From an uncultured Ignavibacteriales bacterium (GTDB taxonomy: Bacteria > Bacteroidota > Ignavibacteria > Ignavibacteriales > Melioribacteraceae): a DNA stretch of 64,000 bases. Below the pieces are notes generated by a model. It saw only the letters and a list, made by a program, of their open reading frames with translations. It was not told the origin of the DNA and searched no databases. Positions 10,526-21,122 of this stretch are shown piece after piece. The number at the start of each line of letters is the position of its first letter. The stretch's first letter is position 1. The DNA is taken from assembly GCA_963704835.1 (NCBI GenBank), contig CAVPHW010000020.1:282820-346819 (forward strand), given 5' to 3'. A program made the translations under genes and the position numbers.

Positions 10526-12358
10526 ATGAATGAGCAATTAGTAGAATGCATTCCAAATTTTTCTGAAGGAAAAGATTTAACTATAATTAAGCAAATAACT
10601 GATGAGATTGAAAAAGTTGAGAACGTTAAATTGCTAGATGTTGATGCTGGTGCTGATATGAACAGAACAGTAGTTACTTTTATTGGTAATGTGAAAGGAG
10701 TAAAAGAAGCTTCTTTTAGAGCTATTAAAAAAGCTTCTGAACTTATAGATATGTCTAAACATTCCGGTTCGCATCCAAGAATGGGAGCAACAGATGTTTG
10801 TCCGTTTGTTCCGGTAAGTGGAGTAACAATTGAAGAGTGTATTGAATTATCAAAAGAGGTTGCTAAAAGAGTTGGAACAGAATTAAAGATTCCTATTTAT
10901 CTTTATGAAAAATCTGCTCAATTACCGGAAAGGCAGAATCTGGCTGTTATCAGAAAAGGTGAATATGAAGCTTTGGAGGAGAAGTTAAAAGACTCCAAAT
11001 GGAAACCCGACTTTGGACCATCCGAGTTTAACAAACTTAGTGGTGCAACTGTAATTGGAGTAAGGGAATTTTTAATTGCTTATAACATAAATCTGAATAC
11101 CAGAGATAAACAACATGCAATGGATATTGCATATGAATTAAGAGAAAAGGGTAGATCAGCGAGAAGACCAGTTTCATATCCTTTTTACTATAAAGGTGAA
11201 TCAGTTGTAAAATATGATAATGGCAGTTATCCTTGCGGTGAATGTGATTTTATAGGTGATACAATTATTAAAACAGCAGAGCATTGCCAAAGTATTCATG
11301 ATTATTCTCTTAACGATCTACTTGAGACCAATGAAATAAATCCAAATTCACCAGAAGGGGAATCTGTAAAAAAGAAAGGTTTATTTAATAATTGTAAAGC
11401 TATTGGTTGGATGGTTGATGAATTTGATCGCGCACAGATTTCAATTAATTTAACTAACTACCATGTAACTTCAATGCATCATGTACTTGAGGCAACAAGA
11501 AAATTAGCATCCGAAAGAGGACTAGTTGTTACGGGTAGTGAAATTGTTGGAATGGTCCCTTATCCCGCTTTATTGGAAACCGGTAAATTCTATCTGCAAA
11601 AACAAGGCAGATCGACTGGAATTCCAATAAATGATATATTAAAAACTGCAGTTCAATCATTAGGATTACAAGATGTTACTAAATTTGATATAAATGAAAG
11701 AGTTTTAGGGTTACCTGTAAACTTAAAAACCGACTTGGTTGAAATGAGGTTAAATAGTTTTATTGATGAAGTTTCTCGCGAATCTCCTGCTCCAGGTGGA
11801 GGATCGATTGCTGCTTTGGCAGGTTCATTGGGGGCTGCATTATCTTCCATGGTAAGTAATTTAACAGCCAACAGGAGGGGCTCTGAGGCAGTAGATGACA
11901 TATTAAATAAATGTGCGGATGAGTGTCAGGAAATAAAAAATTCACTTATAAAAGCCATTGATGATGATACTAAAGCATTTAACGAATATATGGAAGCGAG
12001 AAGATTACCAAATAGTACAGAAACTGAAAAGGATTTTAGAAATAAAGCTATGATGCAAGGATTAAAAAATGCAGTTAGTGTTCCGTTTAGAACGGCTGAG
12101 GAATCTTTCAGAGCGCTTGAGATATCTTTAATTGTTGCAAAAAATGGTAATCCAAATTCTATTACTGATGTTGGGGTTGGAGCACAAATGGCTTTCGCTG
12201 GAGTTTTAGGCGGTATTTACAATGTCTTAATTAATTTAATAGATATTACCGATGATACATATTGTAAAGATATGCGGGATAAATGTTCTTTGCTTAAAGC
12301 AAAATCACAAGAAAAATTGAATGAAGTTTTGGAGTTCGTTGAATCAAAATTAATTTGA
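10526..12358 (+). CDS. ftcD: bifunctional glutamate formimidoyltransferase / formimidoyl-THF cyclodeaminase
   Basis: 610 aa. The N-terminus VECIPNFSEGKD marks the transferase domain and the C-terminus SPAPGGGSIAALAGSLGAAL marks the cyclodeaminase domain. An extra ~65-aa insert is described in findings. Confidence 0.9.
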   Translation: MNEQLVECIPNFSEGKDLTIIKQITDEIEKVENVKLLDVDAGADMNRTVVTFIGNVKGVKEASFRAIKKASELIDMSKHSGSHPRMGATDVCPFVPVSGVTIEECIELSKEVAKRVGTELKIPIYLYEKSAQLPERQNLAVIRKGEYEALEEKLKDSKWKPDFGPSEFNKLSGATVIGVREFLIAYNINLNTRDKQHAMDIAYELREKGRSARRPVSYPFYYKGESVVKYDNGSYPCGECDFIGDTIIKTAEHCQSIHDYSLNDLLETNEINPNSPEGESVKKKGLFNNCKAIGWMVDEFDRAQISINLTNYHVTSMHHVLEATRKLASERGLVVTGSEIVGMVPYPALLETGKFYLQKQGRSTGIPINDILKTAVQSLGLQDVTKFDINERVLGLPVNLKTDLVEMRLNSFIDEVSRESPAPGGGSIAALAGSLGAALSSMVSNLTANRRGSEAVDDILNKCADECQEIKNSLIKAIDDDTKAFNEYMEARRLPNSTETEKDFRNKAMMQGLKNAVSVPFRTAEESFRALEISLIVAKNGNPNSITDVGVGAQMAFAGVLGGIYNVLINLIDITDDTYCKDMRDKCSLLKAKSQEKLNEVLEFVESKLI

Positions 12359-12493
12359 TTTTTGCAAATAAAATTCTGTTATTAAAGTATATTATTCTAT
12401 ATGTAATTGCTTTATTAACACTTTAATAGCTTAAAGTTTCTAATTTTTGCTTTTTATGTAGTAGTGATATTAACAATAAACCTTGGAGGATTT

Positions 12494-12958
12494 ATGAAAA
12501 CTTCGTGGTTACTCAAAATTGTTGTTATTTTGCTGATCTTCTTTTCATCCCACTCAGTTTACACACAAAATTTAGATGTGCATCTAATGCTTGGTAAAAG
12601 AATTGACCAGGTTATCTCAAAATATGGAAAACCCAATCATCAAGATAGAAGCAATAAATCTATGGAGTGTGTATTTTACAAAACTAAAACTCATCAAACG
12701 GTTTTTGTTTCGAATGAAAATGGAGTTTACCAATCTGAAGGTTCTTACTGCTTTGACACACAATCAGCTGCGCTTAAGTCAATGTCAAACTTGATTGATG
12801 AATGTAAAACTTATGGATTTGAAATTGATACATTAAATTCACAAGAATATAATGTATTTACTTCAGAAGTAAAATTAAACGCCAGTTTGTTTGAAAATAC
12901 GCTATCAAAAAAATATGAAGTTAAAATTAAAGCTAATAGAACAACCGGATTAAATTAA
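12494..12958 (+). CDS. secreted hypothetical protein
   Basis: The ATG at 12494 is preceded by a GGAGGA RBS. The signal-peptide-like N-terminus is MKTSWLLKIVVILLIFFSSHSVYTQ. No family was recognised. Confidence 0.55.
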   Translation: MKTSWLLKIVVILLIFFSSHSVYTQNLDVHLMLGKRIDQVISKYGKPNHQDRSNKSMECVFYKTKTHQTVFVSNENGVYQSEGSYCFDTQSAALKSMSNLIDECKTYGFEIDTLNSQEYNVFTSEVKLNASLFENTLSKKYEVKIKANRTTGLN

Positions 12959-13208
12959 TCTCCAGATAGGATCGTCGTTAGAAGTCCAGCAGTTAGAATT
13001 GTAATTATTTATATCTTCAAATATTTAGTTGAAGAATTTCATTAATATTGCATTTTCAATTCTACTTACCACTTTATATTTTTATGGACTGTTTATTTAT
13101 CAAAAAAAAGGTTATTTATATCAATAAATAATTGAGTTAATTCATAAAACATATATGTTGTTTGATAAATGATTAAAAACATATTTCTTGAAAATTAGGA
13201 GATTCTAA

Positions 13209-15803
13209 GTGAAACGAGTTGTTAAAATTTTAGTTGTATTTATTGTAATTGTTATATTAATCATGATTTCCATTCCATTATTATTTAAATCACAAATAGT
13301 TGATTTAGTAAAAGAGGAAGCGAATAAAAATATTAATGCAACCATTAATTTCTCAGATGTAGGGTTAAATCTATTTACTAGTTTTCCAAATCTTGCTTTA
13401 TCCCTAAGTGATTTAACAGTTGTAAACAAGGCACCATTTGAAGGCGATACCCTGTTAGTTACTCCGGAACTAAATTTAACAATTGACTTGTTCAGTGCAA
13501 TTTCTGGGGATGTTATAGAGGTAAATACAATTAGTTTGGTGGAGCCTAAATTATTACTCTTCAAACTTAAAGATGGTACAGCTAATTATAAAATTATAGC
13601 AGAGGATAGTAATGCTGATTTAGTTACAAAGGAGTCCTCAGATTCCAAATCATTAAGTGTAAATATTGATTCGTACAATGTAGTAAATGGGAAAGTTGCC
13701 TTTATCAATCAAACAAACGGAGTTACGGTAGTCGTAAATGGACTAACTCACAGTGGTACTGGAGAATTAGAGAATGGAATTCTTCTTCTTGATACAAAAT
13801 CTTTTGCTGAAGAATTTACAATTGAAATGGATGGTATGAAATTCCTTAATAAAGTTTCTGCTGAGATGGATTTGTTGTTAGACATAAATTTATCTGAAAA
13901 CAAATTATTATTTAAAGAAAACCAAGTCAGATTCAATAACCTAATTCTTAATCTTGAAGGAGGAGTTGAATTTATTGAAGAAGAAATGTTAATGGATTTT
14001 AGATTTAATTCTCCCAAAGCCAACTTCAAGGATTTTTTGTCCTTAGTTCCAACTATTTATCAAAATAATTTTGAAAAACTTACTGCAGATGGTGGAGTTG
14101 AAATAAATGGTAAATTTAAGGGTCAGTTTAGTGAAACAACCGTACCAGCCTTTGATTTCAATATTAATATTGATAAAGCAAGCTTTAGTTATTCTGATTT
14201 GCCCCAAAAAATTAGAAATGTAAATTTGGATTTAAGTATAGATAACCCTGATGGAAATCTAGATAATACAATTGTTGATATTAGAAAGTTACACTTTGAG
14301 GTTGATAAAGAACCCTTTGATGCCGTTTTAAAATTAAGAAATATGAATTCTAAACCATTTGTTAATGCCAAATTGAAGGGTGTCATAAATCTGGAAAATT
14401 TTAGTAATTCTATTGCCTTAGAAAATATTACAAAATTAAGTGGAATAATTAATACTGATATTAGCTTCAATGGGATTCTGGAATCCACTAATAATAATTA
14501 TGAAAGTCTTGATGCAAGTGGAAAAATTCAGATAAAGAATTTTGAATTTAAGTCAAAAGATTTTGCTGAAGGTATAAAAATATCCAGATCAACATTGAAC
14601 TTTACTCCAAAGAAAGTTGAACTTAGTGAATTTAGTTCAACAATTGGGGAAAGTGATATAAGTGTAAATGGCGATCTTACAAATTTTATTTCCTTTGCAC
14701 TTTCTGATGCTACGCTACAAGGTAGGTTGAATGTAACTTCAAATTATTTTAATCTTAATCCATTCCTTTCTGAAAAAGAAAATGTTGAAAATTCTAAAAG
14801 GGATAAAGACGTTGTTACTGCAGTAGATATACCAGAAAACATAAATATTGTTCTTAGCTCATCTATTAACAAATTAGTTTATGATAATCTTGACATTAAT
14901 AATTTTAAGGGTCTTTTAATAGTAAAGGAAAGTAAGATTTCTATGGAAAGTTTATCAATGAATTTACTTAATGGAAATCTAACAGGAAGCGGTTATTATC
15001 TAAAAAAATCTGACCAAGAAAATCCAGAAATTAAATTTAACCTTAATGTGGCTAATTTTAATATTAAGCAAACCTATGACAAATTTGTTTCTGTTAAACA
15101 ATTTGCACCTATTGCAAATTATATTCAGGGGTCATTTAGCTCAAGCTTATCCTTAACAACAAATCTCAATAATGAAATGATTCCGGACTGGAATAGTTTT
15201 TATAGTAATGGTCAGTTAAGCTCTTCATTGGTTGAGGTTAGAGATTTTAAACCTCTTACTACTGTTGGAAATCTGCTGAATCTTTCAGAGATATCTAATC
15301 CCAAAATTCAAAATATTAACCCTAAATTTAAAATTGAAAATGGGAAATTTATTTTATCTCCCTTGAATTTCAAAATTGATAATTATGATATTACCTTATC
15401 TGGGTCAAATAGTATAGATCAAACAATAGACTATGTGATGGAAATTGATATTCCCTCAAGCAGTATTAGAGCAAATGCAAATTCTACAGTCAGCAAACTT
15501 TTGAAGAATGATGTAAATTTAATAAAATCTGATAAGATAAAGATAAAAGCACTAATTGGAGGTACTATTTATTCTCCGGTTATTAAAACATCTGCAACTG
15601 ATGTAGCCAAAGATATTGCAAGTGAAGTAGTAGAAGAAGTGAAAGAACAAATAGTTGAAGAAGTTAAATCAAAAATTGATACCGTCAAATCCCAAGTAGA
15701 AACAAAAATTAAAGACGAAGTTAAGAAAAAAGAAGAAGAACTAAAGAAAAAATTAGAAGAAGATGCTAAAAAGAAATTAAAGAAAATATTCAAATTTGGA
15801 TAA
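13209..15803 (+). CDS. AsmA family outer-membrane biogenesis protein
   Basis: 864 aa with GTG start after AGGAG. It has an N-terminal TM anchor, a long beta-rich body with an AsmA-like N-terminal region (INFSDVGLNLFTSFPNLALSLSDL) and a K/E-rich C-terminal tail. Confidence 0.75.
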   Translation: MKRVVKILVVFIVIVILIMISIPLLFKSQIVDLVKEEANKNINATINFSDVGLNLFTSFPNLALSLSDLTVVNKAPFEGDTLLVTPELNLTIDLFSAISGDVIEVNTISLVEPKLLLFKLKDGTANYKIIAEDSNADLVTKESSDSKSLSVNIDSYNVVNGKVAFINQTNGVTVVVNGLTHSGTGELENGILLLDTKSFAEEFTIEMDGMKFLNKVSAEMDLLLDINLSENKLLFKENQVRFNNLILNLEGGVEFIEEEMLMDFRFNSPKANFKDFLSLVPTIYQNNFEKLTADGGVEINGKFKGQFSETTVPAFDFNINIDKASFSYSDLPQKIRNVNLDLSIDNPDGNLDNTIVDIRKLHFEVDKEPFDAVLKLRNMNSKPFVNAKLKGVINLENFSNSIALENITKLSGIINTDISFNGILESTNNNYESLDASGKIQIKNFEFKSKDFAEGIKISRSTLNFTPKKVELSEFSSTIGESDISVNGDLTNFISFALSDATLQGRLNVTSNYFNLNPFLSEKENVENSKRDKDVVTAVDIPENINIVLSSSINKLVYDNLDINNFKGLLIVKESKISMESLSMNLLNGNLTGSGYYLKKSDQENPEIKFNLNVANFNIKQTYDKFVSVKQFAPIANYIQGSFSSSLSLTTNLNNEMIPDWNSFYSNGQLSSSLVEVRDFKPLTTVGNLLNLSEISNPKIQNINPKFKIENGKFILSPLNFKIDNYDITLSGSNSIDQTIDYVMEIDIPSSSIRANANSTVSKLLKNDVNLIKSDKIKIKALIGGTIYSPVIKTSATDVAKDIASEVVEEVKEQIVEEVKSKIDTVKSQVETKIKDEVKKKEEELKKKLEEDAKKKLKKIFKFG

Positions 15804-15830
15804 AAAAAATCTCCACTTTGAAAGCGGAGA
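15802..15830 (-). terminator. intrinsic terminator between convergent genes
   Basis: Hairpin TCTCCAC/GCGGAGA (15810-15830, one mismatch). On the minus strand it is followed by a T8 run (A-run 15802-15809 on the plus strand). Confidence 0.55.
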
Positions 15831-15840
15831 CTAAATTAAA

Positions 15841-16152
15841 CTAAGGTCTTAGGGGTTCAGGAACAAATGGAGAAGGACCCCATATATTAACATTATTATT
15901 TGTAACAAACTTTCTAAATTCATGAGTTACTTTTTGAAATTCGGGGGTTTGAATAAATCTTGCATAGTGTTCCATACTTTCCCAAACTGTGCTTCTTCTA
16001 ACATGCGGTGAGCCAAGCATATTTCTGTGAGCTCGCAATTCAATAAAACCATCTGCTGATAACATCATTGCTGTTGCTTTCCTAGCAACTCTATGATATG
16101 CTTCCTCATCGAAATTTGGTTGGAAATCGTAAGTGAAAGATACTTCAATCAT
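15841..16152 (-). CDS. small conserved hypothetical protein (possibly ferredoxin-like ABM/Dabb fold)
   Basis: 103-aa ORF on the minus strand with its own terminator. There is no signal peptide and the fold assignment is only a guess. Confidence 0.4.
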   Translation of the reverse strand: MIEVSFTYDFQPNFDEEAYHRVARKATAMMLSADGFIELRAHRNMLGSPHVRRSTVWESMEHYARFIQTPEFQKVTHEFRKFVTNNNVNIWGPSPFVPEPLRP

Positions 16153-16371
16153 ATTTACTCCTAAATTGGTTAACTAATTGCAAGAATGTACAATAATACA
16201 TTTTTATCTTAATAATATGAAAATAACAAAAATTTTGTATTAAAATACTAAGCTGAATAAAAAATAATTATCGTCAAGTATCTAGAATTATGAATTCGTT
16301 AAGACTATTTAATTGCTACAAGAAAGAATATTGGAATTAAGTAGAATAAATTGTACCTTTTGTAATATAAA

Positions 16372-16452
16372 TATTCGTTAGGGGTGTCACACTAGTGGCT
16401 GAGAACAAACCCTTTTACCTGATCCGGATAATGCCGGCGTAGGGAAATGTCT
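16372..16452 (+). promoter_or_regulatory. TPP (THI-box) riboswitch
   Basis: Canonical core: GGGGTG at 16381, CTGAGA at 16399-16404, and ACCTGATCCGGATAATGCCGGCGTAGGGAA at 16417-16446. Confidence 0.92.
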
Positions 16453-16467
16453 TAAATTTATTAATGA

Positions 16468-16494
16468 CCTTTTCTCTATGAGATGAGGTTTTTT
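16468..16494 (+). terminator. riboswitch expression-platform terminator (attenuator)
   Basis: Hairpin CCTTTTCTC-TAT-GAGATGAGG (16468-16488) followed by T6 (16489-16494). It lies between the aptamer and the first gene of the operon. Confidence 0.7.
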
Positions 16495-16564
16495 ACTTTA
16501 TACTCTTCTCATCTGCTTCAGCCATTCCTAACAAATCACCTTAATAACTATTAGGATAAAATCC

Positions 16565-19012
16565 ATGAAGTTACTTATATCAATTCTACTTTTTATTAAT
16601 TCCATAATCATTGGTCAGAATATTTTACTAGAGGGCCAAGTAATAGATTCAAAAACTTTACAGCCACTTGTTTCAGCAAATATATTTATTATTAATAGTA
16701 ATGTTGGAACTGTGGCAAATGCTAATGGTGAATTTATTTTAAATGGGAATTTTGAAGAAAATGATTCATTATATATTGGATTTGTTGGTTATTCCAAAAT
16801 AAAACTGTCTGTCAAAGATTTCAATAATTCAGATAAGATTATTAAACTTGAATACGCGAGCTATGCTTTATCGCCAATAATAATTTCCGGCATAATGGCA
16901 AAAGAGGGGATAACTCCTGCTTCATTTTCAAATATCGAAAGAAAACACATTGAAGAGCAGTATACTATTCAAGATATACCAGAATACCTATCATATCTTC
17001 CATCAATAACATCATATTCAGAAAGTGGCAATGGAATTGGATATAACTATATAAGTATTAGAGGATTTGGACAAAGAAGGATTGCTATTTCGGTTAATGG
17101 AATACCTCAAAACGATCCTGAAGACCATAATGTTTATTGGTTAGATTTTAATGATCTATTAGAAAGTACCGAAATAATTCAGGTTCAACGTGGTTCGGGT
17201 GCAGGAGCCATTGGATATCCTGCTATTGGAGGTTCAATAAATATTATTACTTCACCTTTTTCTGATAAACTGGATATTAATTTAACTTCATCATTAGGTA
17301 GTTATAATACTCGAAAATATAGCGCTAAATTTTCAAGCGGTTTGATTGATAAGAAGTATTCAATCTATTTTAAAATCTCAAAAACTTTAAGTGATGGATA
17401 CAGAGACAATAGTTGGGTCGATTTTAACTCTTACCATGTTTCGGTTGCGAGATATGATAATAATCTTACAACACAAATAAATTTATACGGTGGACCTATC
17501 TCTGATGGACTTGCATTTTATGGTCTGCCAAAGGAATTTATTAAAGATAAAAAATTGAGAAGAACAAATTTTGTAACCTCAAGAGAAATAGAAAATTTTT
17601 CTCAACCACATTATGAATTGCTAAATGAAATATCTTTAGGAGACAATTTTAAATTAAACAATGCTATATTTTTTGTTTCAGGCGATGGATTTTTTGACTA
17701 TGATGGTTCATGGTCAATTTTTTATGATGATTATTTTAGACTAAAAATGAATGGATTTGATTCATCCAAAATTCCTGGGAATGCTTTAATCCGGGCAGAA
17801 GTTAGCAATAAGCAATGGGGTGTGATCCCAAGGCTAACATGGGAGCATGACCGAGGGACTTTAGTAATGGGAATTGAGTATAGAAATCATAGATCAAAAC
17901 ATTGGGGAAATATAAGATTTGCTGATAATCTTCCATCCAATGTTTCACAAGACTATCAATATTATTATTATGATGGTGGAAAGAATATCCTGAATTATTT
18001 CATTAATGAGGATTATAATTTATCAGAAAAGATTAATGTTTTAGGAGAACTTCAATTTGCATATCATAATTATAAGTTATTAAATGAAAAGTATTTATCT
18101 AACGATATATCAAGTGATGGTTTATATATAAATCCCAGATTCGGTTTGAATTATAAATTTAATAATTCGCTCAATTCATACTTTTCATATTCAAGAGTAA
18201 CTAGAGAGCCTAGATTAAAAAACTATTATGATGCGGCCGAATCCAGTGGGGGAGCAATCCCTCAGTTTGAGCAAGATAGATTTGGTAATTTTGATTACGA
18301 TAAACCACTTGTAACTCCTGAAATTATGAATGATTTTGAAGTGGGAGCACGTTATGCTAATCCAGAAATGGTTTTAAACTTAAATTTATACTATATGTTA
18401 TTTTCTGATGAGATTGTTAATAATGGACAGCTCGATAGATTTGGGCAGCCGGTTACAGGAAATGTTGATAAGTCAATTCATTTAGGAGTTGAATTAGAGA
18501 GCATTTTTAAGTTTAGTAAAATATTTGAACTTGCTATAAATGGCGCATATAGTAAAAATTATATTAGCAAAGGAGTTACCTTTATAAATTCTTCTGATGT
18601 AGAAGGAAATGATATTGTCCGAGAAATAAGTTTGGTCAATAATTCAATTTCTGGATTTCCTGATGTAACTTTAAATGCAATCTTTAGTGGGAATTACAAA
18701 GGGTTCTTATTCCAACTTAGTGGAAAGTATGTTGGGAATTATTTCTCAGATAACTATGACGTGAATTTGGAGAACTTATTAATTCAAAACCCAAATTTTG
18801 TTTATTATAAGGATAATAAAGTTGAACCATATTTCTTAACCAATTTTGCAGGAAGCTATGAATTTAAAATGAACCCAGTATTTAATTCAGTAAAATTATT
18901 TATTCAAGTGAATAATATTTTTAATAATTTGTTTGCCGCTCATGCATCCGGTGGAGATTTTTTTCCGGCAGCTGAAAGGAATTATTTAACAGGCATTAAA
19001 GTCGGGATTTAG
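16565..19012 (+). CDS. TonB-dependent receptor (predicted thiamine/precursor outer-membrane transporter)
   Basis: 815 aa with a signal peptide, a CarboxypepD_reg-like domain (GQVIDSKTLQPLVSANIFI), a plug (ISIRGFGQRRIAISVNGIPQNDPE) and a long beta-barrel. It is the first gene after the TPP riboswitch. Confidence 0.85.
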   Translation: MKLLISILLFINSIIIGQNILLEGQVIDSKTLQPLVSANIFIINSNVGTVANANGEFILNGNFEENDSLYIGFVGYSKIKLSVKDFNNSDKIIKLEYASYALSPIIISGIMAKEGITPASFSNIERKHIEEQYTIQDIPEYLSYLPSITSYSESGNGIGYNYISIRGFGQRRIAISVNGIPQNDPEDHNVYWLDFNDLLESTEIIQVQRGSGAGAIGYPAIGGSINIITSPFSDKLDINLTSSLGSYNTRKYSAKFSSGLIDKKYSIYFKISKTLSDGYRDNSWVDFNSYHVSVARYDNNLTTQINLYGGPISDGLAFYGLPKEFIKDKKLRRTNFVTSREIENFSQPHYELLNEISLGDNFKLNNAIFFVSGDGFFDYDGSWSIFYDDYFRLKMNGFDSSKIPGNALIRAEVSNKQWGVIPRLTWEHDRGTLVMGIEYRNHRSKHWGNIRFADNLPSNVSQDYQYYYYDGGKNILNYFINEDYNLSEKINVLGELQFAYHNYKLLNEKYLSNDISSDGLYINPRFGLNYKFNNSLNSYFSYSRVTREPRLKNYYDAAESSGGAIPQFEQDRFGNFDYDKPLVTPEIMNDFEVGARYANPEMVLNLNLYYMLFSDEIVNNGQLDRFGQPVTGNVDKSIHLGVELESIFKFSKIFELAINGAYSKNYISKGVTFINSSDVEGNDIVREISLVNNSISGFPDVTLNAIFSGNYKGFLFQLSGKYVGNYFSDNYDVNLENLLIQNPNFVYYKDNKVEPYFLTNFAGSYEFKMNPVFNSVKLFIQVNNIFNNLFAAHASGGDFFPAAERNYLTGIKVGI

Positions 19013-19044
19013 TAATTTTAGATGTAAGTTAAATTTGAGTTCAA

Positions 19045-19702
19045 ATGAAGAAAAAAGCGATAATTTTAGCGAATGGTGATCTACCTACAAAATATCAATT
19101 AAAGTATTTTCAAAAAATGAGATATAATACTTTAATTTGCGCTGATGGAGGCGCTAATTCTGCAAAAAAATTGTGTATTGTTCCAGATTACATAATTGGT
19201 GATCTGGATTCAATTACAGAAGATAATCTTAATTTTTTTGCACAAAAATCAATTATTCTAAGAATAAAAAGGCAAAATGATACAGATGTTGAAAAATCAC
19301 TAAAATTCTTGATTAAAAACAAATATACCGATGTTTTACTGCTTGGAGCAACCGGAGATAGACTTGATCATTCCATTTGTAATTTAGGTATTGTATTTAA
19401 GTTCTATGATAGAATTAAGGTTTCAATATTACATAAAAAGTCCTATCTTACAGCCATATTCTGGAAGTGTAATCTTAAATACGATCAAAGGCGAGACAGT
19501 TTCCCTTTATGGCTTAAATGAAGAAACCATAATTATTTCCAAAGGATTAAAGTATTGCTTAAAAAATGAATCTCTTCCTTTCGGGCTGCGAGAAAGCACT
19601 AGTAATATTGCTAATGCAAGTAGAATTGAGCTGCTAATTAAGGGTGGAGTAGTCTTGGTTATTAGAGATTTTAAAACAATGGTTAAAAATGATCTCTTTT
19701 AG
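19045..19702 (+). pseudogene. thiN: thiamine pyrophosphokinase, interrupted by one frame break
   Basis: ORF 19045-19521 carries the catalytic domain (GDLDS, GATGDRLDH). ORF 19391-19702, in the +1 frame, carries the thiamin-binding domain (SGSVILNTIKGETVSLYGL...). The homologous join lies at about 19431-19445, at an A5 run. Confidence 0.8.
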
Positions 19703-21122
19703 CTCAATTGATCTTGTTATTGTTTTTGGGTTTCTATTCATTTCTGTAGTAATAGGGTTCTTTGCTTCAAATAAAAAATCTGCCTCCAATGATGGGTATT
19801 TACTTTCTGGGAGAAATGTAGGTTTTATTCTATTTGTACTTACTAACGTAGCAACTTGGTATGGTGGAATTTTGGGCGTTGGGGAGTTTGCTTACCGATA
19901 TGGTTTAGTAAGTTGGCTAACACAAGGGTTACCGTATTATATTTTTGCAATTGTATTCGCATTATTATTTGCAAAAAAAATTAGATCTGCTTCATTATAT
20001 ACAATACCAGATAAATTAGAGCAAGTCTATGGAAAAAAAGTTAGCCTTTTATCTAGTGGAATTATCTTTATTTTAGTTTCACCTGCACCATATCTACTTA
20101 TTCTAGCTCAAATAATTTCGTTGGTTTTTGGAGTAGACTATTTTTTTGCTCTAATAATAGGAGCTATCGCTTCAAGCATATATTTAGTGAAAGGTGGATA
20201 TAATTCAAATATTTGGGTTGATGCGTTTTCTTTTTTTGTGATGTTCATAGGTTTTATCATTATAGTTTTTGTAGCAAACAGTAACTATGGCGGAGCGGAT
20301 TTTCTTGTAAATAATTTACCCGAGGCACACCTTACTATAACAGGTGGAACTTCCTTCACATTTATTTTTGTTTGGTTTTTAATAGCACTTTGGACTTTTA
20401 CAGATCCTGGTTTTCATCAAAGATGCTATTCAGCAAAAAATGGCAATGTAGCAAAATGGGGAATTATCGTATCAGTTTTTTTTTGGATAATTTTTGATTT
20501 TTTAACAAATACAACAGGACTTTATGCACGAACAATTCTACCAAATTTGAATAATCCCGTTTTAGCTTTCCCTCATCTTGCAGAAAAAATTCTTACTCCC
20601 GGATTGAAAGGATTATTTTTTGCTGCTTTAATTGCCACGGTTGCATCAACTTTGAACAGCTTCATTTTTTTAAGTGCTACAACATTTAGTAGAGATTTTG
20701 TTTTTCGTATAAAATCATTCACTTTTAATAAACAACTAAATAATGATGGAAAGCAATTAGAATTTAATTTGATATATTATACTCGAGTTGGAATTTTTGT
20801 TACTCTAATCATTTCAATTATTATTGCTTATTTTTTTCAATCTGTTGTTGAGCTTTGGTATACTATCGGAAGTATTGCAATTCCAGGCTTAATTATAATT
20901 GTTATATCTTCTTATTATCCAAAAATTAAAGTCGGTAAAAATATTGCGCTTTTAGAAATTATTGGAGGAATTTCAACTAGTTTAATTTGGTTTTTTATTA
21001 GAAGATATTTTGGTGCAGATAATATATTATCTGAAATTGAACCTATGATAGTTGGATTAACTTTTGCTTTTTCAGTCCATATTGGTGGATTAGCACTTAC
21101 ACAAAAAAAAAGCCAGACATAA
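19689..21122 (+). CDS. sodium:solute symporter family transporter (ThiV-like candidate)
   Basis: 477-aa polytopic membrane protein with SSS-family features. Its start overlaps the end of the TPK gene, and it is the last gene of the TPP-regulated operon. Confidence 0.75.
   Translation: MISFSSIDLVIVFGFLFISVVIGFFASNKKSASNDGYLLSGRNVGFILFVLTNVATWYGGILGVGEFAYRYGLVSWLTQGLPYYIFAIVFALLFAKKIRSASLYTIPDKLEQVYGKKVSLLSSGIIFILVSPAPYLLILAQIISLVFGVDYFFALIIGAIASSIYLVKGGYNSNIWVDAFSFFVMFIGFIIIVFVANSNYGGADFLVNNLPEAHLTITGGTSFTFIFVWFLIALWTFTDPGFHQRCYSAKNGNVAKWGIIVSVFFWIIFDFLTNTTGLYARTILPNLNNPVLAFPHLAEKILTPGLKGLFFAALIATVASTLNSFIFLSATTFSRDFVFRIKSFTFNKQLNNDGKQLEFNLIYYTRVGIFVTLIISIIIAYFFQSVVELWYTIGSIAIPGLIIIVISSYYPKIKVGKNIALLEIIGGISTSLIWFFIRRYFGADNILSEIEPMIVGLTFAFSVHIGGLALTQKKSQT

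Noticed and set aside
12464-12493. Upstream GTG start of the 164-aa track ORF
   Set aside because: The ATG at 12494 is preceded by a GGAGGA RBS and yields a canonical signal peptide. The 10-codon extension adds nothing.
15590-15800. Apparent periodic K/E-rich repeats at the 3' end of the AsmA-family gene
   Set aside because: This is a low-complexity charged coiled-coil tail within an intact ORF, not a DNA-level tandem repeat.
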